The notes under the pieces were generated by a model, which was given only the letters and a program-made list of their open reading frames with translations, was not told where the DNA came from and did not search any database. Below are positions 31,378-38,800 of a stretch of DNA of 38,800 bases, in pieces. Location: the NCBI GenBank assembly GCA_046760505.1, contig JBHIEG010000018.1, positions 1 through 38,800 of the forward strand, read 5' to 3'. A program made the translations under genes and the position numbers. How positions within the stretch are numbered: the first letter of the stretch is position 1; the number at the start of each line of letters is the position of its first letter. This DNA comes from Candidatus Hydrothermarchaeota archaeon (GTDB lineage Archaea; CAYFZR01).

Positions 31378-32505
31378 ATGATATTGGAAGATATTACAGA
31401 GTTATGTGAGGAGATAAAGGAAGGTAAAGAGCTATCAAAGGATGAGGCTCTTTTATTTCTCGATTCTGAAGCAATTGATCTCATCTTTTTTACTGCTAAT
31501 AAAGTTTTTTCAAAAAATAAGAAGGAAGTAACTTTTTCAAAGAATATTTTTCTACCCATAACTAATGTGTGCAGAAACAGATGTTATTACTGTGGCTTTA
31601 GAAGGGATATAAATTCCCACGAGGCTTTCCTCATGGATATGAGGGAAATCGATAAAGTTTTGAATGAAGCAGAAAAAAGGGGCTGCAAAGAAGCGTTGAT
31701 TAGTACTGGAGAGAAACCAGAAGAAATACCTGAATTCAGAAGAAGACTCAGAAAATTGGGTTACGAACGTCTTTTAGATTACGTATACGATATATGCAGG
31801 AATATACATGAAAATTCCAATCTGTTGTGCCACACGAACATAGGGGTATGCGATTACGATGAGTTAAAGATGTTGAAAGAGTACAATGCGAGCCTAGGTT
31901 TAATGCTTGAGACTATAGCAAAAGTTCCTGCTCATAAAGAAAGTCCTGGAAAAAACCCTAAATTGCGTCTAAAAACTATTGAAAACGCTGGAAGGCTGAG
32001 AATACCATTTACAACTGGCCTACTGGTAGGAATTGGTGAATCGAACTTTGATATAGTAGAATCTCTTTATGAAATAAAAAATCTGCATGAAAAATATGGA
32101 CACATACAGGAAATAATCATTCAAAATTTCAAACCAAAACCTAATACGCCTTTCGAGAATAGACCTGAGCCAGATAGACTAAAAATGTTAAAAATAATAT
32201 TTCTTTCAAGGCTAATTTTTCCAAATGGAAACATTCAATTTCCACCCAACTTGAATCCAGATTTATTTCAAGTTGCTTTACTTTTAGGCGCCAACGATCT
32301 TGGGGGAATATCCCCCGTCACATTGGATTACATCAATCCAGAGGATCCTTGGCCTTCTTACGAGGAATTAAAAACAAAGGTAGAGGAAGTGGGTTTCAAA
32401 TTGAAGGAAAGGCTTCCGGTCTATGATGACTTCATCAGCGAGGAATGGCTTCCAGATAATGTGTACAAAAAATGTATCGTGCTACGGGGGAAGTTAGATG
32501 TTTGA
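31378..32505 (+). CDS. cofG: FO synthase subunit 1 (radical SAM)
   Basis: TFSKNIFLPITNVCRNRCYYCGF, SLGLMLE, IPFTTG.LVGIGE, GHIQEIIIQNF, PPNL, D.GGISP; ATG 31378 preferred. Confidence 0.93.
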   Translation: MILEDITELCEEIKEGKELSKDEALLFLDSEAIDLIFFTANKVFSKNKKEVTFSKNIFLPITNVCRNRCYYCGFRRDINSHEAFLMDMREIDKVLNEAEKRGCKEALISTGEKPEEIPEFRRRLRKLGYERLLDYVYDICRNIHENSNLLCHTNIGVCDYDELKMLKEYNASLGLMLETIAKVPAHKESPGKNPKLRLKTIENAGRLRIPFTTGLLVGIGESNFDIVESLYEIKNLHEKYGHIQEIIIQNFKPKPNTPFENRPEPDRLKMLKIIFLSRLIFPNGNIQFPPNLNPDLFQVALLLGANDLGGISPVTLDYINPEDPWPSYEELKTKVEEVGFKLKERLPVYDDFISEEWLPDNVYKKCIVLRGKLDV

Positions 32506-33625
32506 TTCTCTTATGAAGAATGCAGATCCTCTAATAGCATCTTTACTAGATCGGGTATTAGATAAAAAAAGACTGAAAGAAGAGGATTACATCACTTTAA
32601 TGAATGTAAAAGGTTTTGAACTCTTGCTTTTACAAATTACAGCGGATCTGATAAGAAAGAGGGAGGTGGGAGATTACGTGAGTTTTGTGGTTAACAGAAA
32701 CATCAACTTCACCAATATATGTGTTGGAAAATGCAGTTTCTGTGCATTTAGAAGATCACCTGACAAACAAGAGGCATATTTTTTAAGTATAGATGAAATT
32801 TTACAGAGAGTAAGGGATTCTATAAGAAAAGAAATCACAGAAATTTGTATACAGGGCGGATTGCATCCAGACATTGATATAACATACTACGAAACCATGA
32901 TTAAAAGAATAAAGCAGGAATTCCCAGATATACACATACATGCCTTCTCTCCGATGGAACTCTACTACATATCAAAGAAGTCTGATCTGAGTATAATGGA
33001 GGTTTTGAAGACGTTAAAAGAAGCTGGGTTAGATTCAATTCCAGGAACTGCAGCAGAGATACTTCACGATGAAATTAGGAGGGTTATATGCCCGAAGAAA
33101 ATAAACACAGAAGAGTGGGTTAATGTGATAAAATCTGCTCATAGAATAGGGATACCTACTACATGCACAATGATGTACGGGCACATAGAAGGACCTGAAG
33201 AAAAGATAAGACATCTTTTGTTGTTGAAAGAGATTCAAAAAGAGACTAAAGGGTTTACTGAATTCGTACCCTTAAGTTTCATCCATCAGAATACAGAACT
33301 TTACAAAAGCAACAAGGCAAGACCGGGAGCAACAGGAGCAGAGGATCTGAAGGTAATATGCCTCTCCAGAATTATTTTTGAAGGTTACATTAAAAATATA
33401 CAGGCTTCATGGGTCAAATTGGGTCAAAAACTCGCTCAATTAATGCTTAATGCAGGAGCAAACGATCTCGGTGGAACTCTTTTTGAGGAGAACATATCAA
33501 GAACTGCTGGCGCAAGGCATGGAGAGTACTTAGAAAAGGAAGAAATGATCAGACTCATAAAAGATATCGGCAGAGTACCTGTTGAAAGAAGTACTGTATA
33601 CGAAAAACTGAAAGTGTATTTATGA
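32498..33625 (+). CDS. cofH: FO synthase subunit 2 (radical SAM)
   Basis: VNRNINFTNICVGKCSFCAF, QGGLHP, HAFSPME, PGTAAEIL, NIQASWVK, NDLGGTL.EE.I. Confidence 0.93.
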   Translation: MFDSLMKNADPLIASLLDRVLDKKRLKEEDYITLMNVKGFELLLLQITADLIRKREVGDYVSFVVNRNINFTNICVGKCSFCAFRRSPDKQEAYFLSIDEILQRVRDSIRKEITEICIQGGLHPDIDITYYETMIKRIKQEFPDIHIHAFSPMELYYISKKSDLSIMEVLKTLKEAGLDSIPGTAAEILHDEIRRVICPKKINTEEWVNVIKSAHRIGIPTTCTMMYGHIEGPEEKIRHLLLLKEIQKETKGFTEFVPLSFIHQNTELYKSNKARPGATGAEDLKVICLSRIIFEGYIKNIQASWVKLGQKLAQLMLNAGANDLGGTLFEENISRTAGARHGEYLEKEEMIRLIKDIGRVPVERSTVYEKLKVYL

Positions 33626-33701
33626 ACGTGAAATATTTGGTCTGTATTTTTTGCTTTTGAAAACAAAAAATCTTATAGTATAAACCAATTATTTTACATG
33701 T

Positions 33702-34154
33702 ATGAAAGTTTTAATAGAGTACTTCAAGGATTTTCAATTGATGCTTCCTGCAACTCCTGGGGGTAGCTGTTGCCTTCATCCAGAAGTTAGAGAGAGTAAA
33801 TTGAGCAGAGATTTAAATAACAAATTGTGGTTACTAAAAAAAGAATTGAAAGATCAAATCGAGCTTTGCGTTGTAAATGAAGTTCCAAAGGATGCATATC
33901 CATACATCGCAATGATATCGTACAAGAGATTTGAGAGTGCGGTGAAAGAATTTGTCTACAAAATCAGCCAAAAGCCAATGGGTATAATTCGTCCTAAAGA
34001 GAATTTTTTAACATTCTTGGTAAAATATCTTCTTGGAAAAAGAACTTTCGTAAAATTTGGACCATATGACGACATAAAAGATTTGAAACAGAAGATATCG
34101 ACTATAGAAGAGAAATTTATGCCGTTGGTTACCTTTACCGAGGATACCAATTAA
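33702..34154 (+). CDS. Hypothetical protein with vicinal Cys-Cys
   Basis: 150-aa ORF with upstream TATAAA box; GGSCC motif. Confidence 0.55.
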   Translation: MKVLIEYFKDFQLMLPATPGGSCCLHPEVRESKLSRDLNNKLWLLKKELKDQIELCVVNEVPKDAYPYIAMISYKRFESAVKEFVYKISQKPMGIIRPKENFLTFLVKYLLGKRTFVKFGPYDDIKDLKQKISTIEEKFMPLVTFTEDTN

Positions 34155-34164
34155 ATCTAAAAAT

Positions 34165-34659
34165 CTAACCTTCTTTTTCTTCCACATTTTTTGTTTCATT
34201 CCGATACGAGGCTCTCTTGGATAAAATAATTTTGGATAAGATAATTGCGGTTAGTGCGCCTAGTATTCCAAGAATAAACTTGTAACTTATGCTATTTCTC
34301 CGTCCATGAGGGACTGCATTTTTAGTTTCATACGGTGGTTTTGGCTGGGATTCAACAATCATTTCAGTAGCATTTGAGATTTTTTCAACGGGAAGACCAA
34401 GTTTTACAAAAACCTCATTAATCGAATAACCTTGAGAAAGCAAAATTATTGCTCTGTCTCTAACCTCTCTTGCGATGTTACACTTGCAATCAATTACATT
34501 GAAATCACAGGCGATGCCATTGCATGGACACTCAACGTTGATTGCCTTGCTAGCAAACTCGTTCCATTTTTCAGATTGAGCATGAACATCAGAAAATATG
34601 AATAACGCGATTACGATTAGGAGAATTATTTTTCCGCATCTCATAGAATAACCTCTCAT
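34165..34659 (-). CDS. CcmH-like exported Cys-rich protein with C-terminal TM anchor
   Basis: Signal peptide (VHA|Q), ECPC…C…DCKC..AREVR…L..G.S..EV, linker, TM helix. Confidence 0.55.
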   Translation of the reverse strand: MRGYSMRCGKIILLIVIALFIFSDVHAQSEKWNEFASKAINVECPCNGIACDFNVIDCKCNIAREVRDRAIILLSQGYSINEVFVKLGLPVEKISNATEMIVESQPKPPYETKNAVPHGRRNSISYKFILGILGALTAIILSKIILSKRASYRNETKNVEEKEG

Positions 34660-34816
34660 TTTTTATCTTTAATTTTATCTTTAATTTCGCTGATTTTTTT
34701 TGGAGTAATAATACTTTAACTATTTATTTATGTTTCTATTGAATATCTAAACATTCAACATATTTAAAATAATGACATATATTTTAGTTGTTATTGATTT
34801 TTGAAATTTTTTAAGA

Positions 34817-36175
34817 TCATGCAAATTCTCTGCATCTCTCTATAAAATTTTTTGCAAAATTCTTGTTCGAGTAAAAATGTAAGTGGGAATAAGATCCTAG
34901 TGTATTGTTGACCAACCACCCATCTTTTTTAGATGTTATTCCCTTTCCTCTGGTTAATTTATAAACAAACTTTTCATTTTTTGGTACACCATCTATCTCC
35001 GTATAATGAAATTCGTGCCCGAGAATCAGATCTCCTTTTCTGCTTAGAATGTTGTCCTCTATCACGAATCCTTTGGTGTAGTTTAATGTCACCCTATCCT
35101 TCATTTTTGCAGAAGCATTGAATACTCCAACCATTTCAAATCTTTTTTCCGAATACTCTATTTCATTTGTTAGGTACAACAGACCTCCACACTCCCCATA
35201 AATTGGAATCTTTTCCTCACTTAGTTCCTTTATTAGATTTAGCATCTTCTTGTTTCTGGTCAATTCGTTCGCATAAACTTCTGGAAACCCCCCTCCTATG
35301 TAGAGTCCGTCTACGTCGATTTGCTTGTCTCTAACTGGACTGAAAAATTTCAGATCAGCACCAAGTCTCATCAAAAGGTCCAGATTGTCCCAGTAATAGA
35401 AGTTAAATGCTTTATCGAAGGCAACGCCAATTTTTACCGCATATTTTTTATCGTCTTTTTCATCAATTTCCTCCTCGAAATAGTTGATCTCCGGTGAAAT
35501 CTCGGAAAGATCTAAAATTCTTTCCAGATCAATGCACTCTTCGATAATTCTTGAAATTTTTTGTATCTTATTGTTGAAGTCCTTTTCGAAACCGGGAATG
35601 AGCCCTAAGTGTCTTTTTTCTAAAATAATTCCTTCTTCTTTTGGAATGGCACCAAATACCTCGATATTTTCATTTTCCAGTGCTCTGATACATGTTTTTT
35701 TGTGAGAATCACTACTCACTTTATTCAAAATTACCCCTGCAAAGTTTTTGCTCATGGAGGAGAATCCCTTTGCAACCGCACTCACGCTTTCTCCCATTGA
35801 GGTTACATCTATAATTAATATCACAGGTAAGTTCAGAATTTCAGCAATCTTCGATGTGCTTGTATTGATCTCAAGTGCAGACCCATCATACAGACCCATA
35901 ACTCCCTCAACGATTGATACGTCTGCATTTTTACTCGCTCTATAGAATATTTCTTTTATTCCATCTTCGGTGATCATCCATAGATCTAGGTTGCGGGAAC
36001 ATCTTTTTGTGGCGAAGTAATGATAGGAGGGGTCTATATAGTCGGGTCCAACCTTGAAAGGCTGAACAATGAGACCTTTTTTTATAAAGGAACTCATCAA
36101 CCCTATGGAAATGGTTGTCTTTCCGACTCCGCTCCATGCTCCTGCTATTACCATTCCTTTTGACAATTTTTTCAC
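34817..36175 (-). CDS. cbiA: Cobyrinate a,c-diamide synthase family amidase (CbiA/CobB; CfbB not excluded)
   Basis: SGVGKTT, FKVGPDYIDP, RNLD, EGVMGLYDG, RHLGL, AFNFYY, GGGFPE, ECGG, GHEFHY. Confidence 0.85.
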   Translation of the reverse strand: MKKLSKGMVIAGAWSGVGKTTISIGLMSSFIKKGLIVQPFKVGPDYIDPSYHYFATKRCSRNLDLWMITEDGIKEIFYRASKNADVSIVEGVMGLYDGSALEINTSTSKIAEILNLPVILIIDVTSMGESVSAVAKGFSSMSKNFAGVILNKVSSDSHKKTCIRALENENIEVFGAIPKEEGIILEKRHLGLIPGFEKDFNNKIQKISRIIEECIDLERILDLSEISPEINYFEEEIDEKDDKKYAVKIGVAFDKAFNFYYWDNLDLLMRLGADLKFFSPVRDKQIDVDGLYIGGGFPEVYANELTRNKKMLNLIKELSEEKIPIYGECGGLLYLTNEIEYSEKRFEMVGVFNASAKMKDRVTLNYTKGFVIEDNILSRKGDLILGHEFHYTEIDGVPKNEKFVYKLTRGKGITSKKDGWLVNNTLGSYSHLHFYSNKNFAKNFIERCREFA

Positions 36176-36293
36176 CGATCCCAGATTAAAGTTAATCTGA
36201 TTTTATTACGTTTCATCATGGTTTTATCTTCTTCCCGGCAAATAAATAATATAAAGCATCAAAGTAAAAATCATCCTTACCGAGGTCGTAGAA

Positions 36294-37184
36294 ATGCTGG
36301 AAATAATGAAAGAGAGTTACGGAATCTTTCGGAGAAATTTAATTACACTGGCTGGCTGGCAGTTTTTACAAATTATTTGCGTTTCAATCATTCTGTTTAT
36401 TTTTTTAGCATTGTTATTCGCTTTTTTGTTGATCTTAGGAGTATCCCTACCGAGTTTTGCTGAAAGAGGTTTTGATTTAGTAACTGCATTGTCCGGTGCT
36501 TTTACCGGTATCGGGATTATTCTAATAATTCTTTTGTTCACATGCTTTATTTTCCTGAGTTTTGCTATAACAGGTTTCTTCAATACCGGACTCGTAGGTC
36601 TGTGCCTAAATGCGATAAGGGGAAATGAAATCTCAATTGGCACTGGAATTGAATTCGGAAAGAAATTTTGGATCACCGGAGCATTGGCTACGTTTCTTTA
36701 TACTTTAATAACAGGCATACCAGGCTGGATTGGGGATATTTTTCAGTATCTGCTTAGAGATTCATATGAAATCCTAGGGGTAATACTCTCATTATTTCTT
36801 GCCTTAGCTAGCTTGATAATCTCCTTCTTCCTTCTTTATTACATTCAATCCATTGTGATAGACGAAAAAAATGCCATTCGATGTCTTATTCAGAGTGCAT
36901 CTTTTGTAAAAAATAACTTGGCCAATGCATTTGTTTTGATAGTTTTAATAATTCTGATTGCCATTTTAGGCTTTATAGTAATATCAACCCCTTTTGGTGT
37001 AATCGCTGCTCTTTTATACTTAATTTCAAGGGGATCCGAGATTTTAGCTGGGATATCCGCGATTGTTATAATTCTCGGAATCATACTTTATTTTCTCATA
37101 CTGATGATTTATTCGATACTCTTCGGTGTTTACTACTACGTAACCCTGACAAATTTCTATCTTAAATTCAAAGAGAAATCTTAG
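36294..37184 (+). CDS. Polytopic membrane protein of unknown function
   Basis: About 6 long hydrophobic segments; GAGGT SD. Confidence 0.75.
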   Translation: MLEIMKESYGIFRRNLITLAGWQFLQIICVSIILFIFLALLFAFLLILGVSLPSFAERGFDLVTALSGAFTGIGIILIILLFTCFIFLSFAITGFFNTGLVGLCLNAIRGNEISIGTGIEFGKKFWITGALATFLYTLITGIPGWIGDIFQYLLRDSYEILGVILSLFLALASLIISFFLLYYIQSIVIDEKNAIRCLIQSASFVKNNLANAFVLIVLIILIAILGFIVISTPFGVIAALLYLISRGSEILAGISAIVIILGIILYFLILMIYSILFGVYYYVTLTNFYLKFKEKS

Positions 37185-37223
37185 AGAAGATAGAATTATG
37201 AAAAGATCTAAAGGAGGATCAAT

Positions 37224-37574
37224 ATGCTCGAATTGATTAAGTATATCCTAATCTTTATATGTGCAGGATCTTTGGTAACTGGAGCAACCTATTTTGGTGC
37301 AAAGATTCAGGATCCATTCTATGCTGCAATGATAATATTTTTGCCATTGATAACAATGACCACTGTATTCTTTACCTACATCTCTACGTCAAATCCAGAG
37401 CTAGCAATAAGCATACTTTATCCTAACTGCTTCATTGCATTCATACCTTGGCTTGGATACGTTGGATTCGTGGTAATTTCTTACAGATGTATAGGGGTTT
37501 TAACATCTTTACTCGGAGGATTGGGAGTTTATATAATCATAATGCTTATCTTGAGGAACTTTTTAGTTTCTTAG
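37224..37574 (+). CDS. Small 4-TM membrane protein (DUF3147/GlpM-like)
   Basis: F..G.LV..A, A.I..LP.IT pattern; GGAGG SD. Confidence 0.6.
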   Translation: MLELIKYILIFICAGSLVTGATYFGAKIQDPFYAAMIIFLPLITMTTVFFTYISTSNPELAISILYPNCFIAFIPWLGYVGFVVISYRCIGVLTSLLGGLGVYIIIMLILRNFLVS

Positions 37575-37618
37575 CCGATTCCATAAAAATTTAAGTTTTA
37601 ACCAACATTAAGACGATT

Positions 37619-38437
37619 ATGGAAAACATCAAGTTAAAAGAAATTGAGGTCAAATCAATAATTAACAGGTCCGGTATTCTTGGCGTAGATTTGTGCATAA
37701 ATCCATATGTGGGGTGTCAGCACGGATGCGTTTACTGCTATGCACGCTTTATGAGAAAATATTCTGGACATATGAACGATTCATGGGGAAGTTTCGTGGA
37801 TGTAAAGATAAATGCGGTGGAAATTTTAAAAAAACAGATGAAAAAATTAAATAAAGGGGAAATAATTATTAGCAGTGTTACAGATCCTTACCAGCCATTA
37901 GAAAGACGATATAATATTACAAGAGGTGTATTATCGGTACTGAAAGATTATAACTTTCCTGTCTCAATACTCACGAAATCCGATCTTGTAAAAAGAGACA
38001 TAGATTTTCTGGTAGAAATGAAAGATTGCGAGGTAGGCTTCACAATCGTTACATTAAATGATGAAATTAGAAAAGATTTTGAACCTTTTTCATCTCCAAT
38101 AGATAAAAGACTGAATGCTTTGGAAGAATTGGCAGAAAATGGGATCAAAACCTATGTATTTTTAGGACCTATCCTACCTTACCTCACAGAAGAGACATTA
38201 ATGGACACCTTGAAAATTACATTTGAAATGGGCGCTAGACATTTTATAATAGACAAACTAAACTTCAAGGCTGGAAACTGGCAAGATATAAAAGATTTAT
38301 TAACGGATAAGTATCCTGAGCTTCTTCCAAAATATAATGAAATAAGAAAAACTGATAGCAGTTATTATCAAGGCATCAGGAATGCAATCAAAAGATTTTG
38401 CGTGAAAAACAAGGTACCCTATAAGTTCTGCTTCTGA
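37619..38437 (+). CDS. Radical SAM protein, spore-photoproduct-lyase-like family
   Basis: INPYVGCQHGCVYCYA, SSVTDPYQP.E, ILTKS, RDID, FEP. Confidence 0.85.
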   Translation: MENIKLKEIEVKSIINRSGILGVDLCINPYVGCQHGCVYCYARFMRKYSGHMNDSWGSFVDVKINAVEILKKQMKKLNKGEIIISSVTDPYQPLERRYNITRGVLSVLKDYNFPVSILTKSDLVKRDIDFLVEMKDCEVGFTIVTLNDEIRKDFEPFSSPIDKRLNALEELAENGIKTYVFLGPILPYLTEETLMDTLKITFEMGARHFIIDKLNFKAGNWQDIKDLLTDKYPELLPKYNEIRKTDSSYYQGIRNAIKRFCVKNKVPYKFCF

Positions 38438-38460
38438 GAATTTAAAAAAAGAAAGGAGGA

Positions 38461-38799
38461 TTATTCTGTTGGATGGCAGCCACCCTCTCCAGCGCAGCTT
38501 GTGTAACCTTCTGGCAATGGCAGCTCCGGAGCCTTTATACCATTGTGGCAATCACCGCATTCGTGATTAGGTCCGCCCATGTTTGCGTATCTTCCTTTCA
38601 AGGGACCAGGCGGATCTGCGACGCCTTCAGAACTGTGACAATCACTGCATACATGGTTTTGTCCGCCCATATGGAGATGTTTTTTAAGAATATTCATCGT
38701 CACGCCGTCTTTGCCCGAATTTGGCCAGGCACTGACGAAGGCTATTCCAATCAACATGACTAGAAGTGCAGTCGTCACAAGTATTGTGCCTTTATTCAA
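38461..38799 (-). CDS. Small secreted multiheme c-type cytochrome (2 x CxxCH plus one CX5CH); 5' end at the window edge
   Basis: Signal peptide ending VSA, then CSDCH, CGDCH, CAGEGGCH. Confidence 0.8.
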   Translation of the reverse strand: MNKGTILVTTALLVMLIGIAFVSAWPNSGKDGVTMNILKKHLHMGGQNHVCSDCHSSEGVADPPGPLKGRYANMGGPNHECGDCHNGIKAPELPLPEGYTSCAGEGGCHPTE

Positions 38800-38800
38800 G

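Noticed and set aside
34659-34687. Tandem TTTTATCTTTAA x2
   Set aside because: Two low-complexity copies only; not a CRISPR or meaningful repeat

Overview
Low-GC archaeal chromosome, most likely a non-halophilic Halobacteriota/euryarchaeal lineage. That call rests on split rpoB''/B' and rpoA'/A'', retained L30e, F420 genes with mer, and System I* cytochrome c maturation genes. Most of the window is housekeeping: ADP-forming acyl-CoA synthetase, ccmA-E, tgtA, the rpoH-B''-B'-A'-A''-L30e-nusA-S12-S7-EF2-EF1a-S10-tRNA-Ser superoperon, a tRNA-Tyr/5S/tRNA-Asp/tRNA-Lys cluster, cofC-mer/cofG-cofH, a cbiA-like amidase, a radical SAM gene and a small multiheme cytochrome. The standout is a ~6 kb cassette at 5584-11535. 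It encodes a stand-alone TbsP-like winged-helix protein and a 43-aa signal-peptide ORF missing from the ORF track, predicted to release a 9-mer (DPAGGGWGP). It also encodes a CHAT/caspase-fold His-Cys protease whose gene has an in-frame TGA near its 3' end, a sodium:solute symporter, and two ~70%-identical helical paralogs flanking the core. One paralog carries a fused C-terminal tail (YPGWGGCGGP) resembling the secreted peptide. I interpret this as a candidate archaeal peptide-signalling / regulated-proteolysis system. Family assignments come from motif recognition from memory; no database searches were run.
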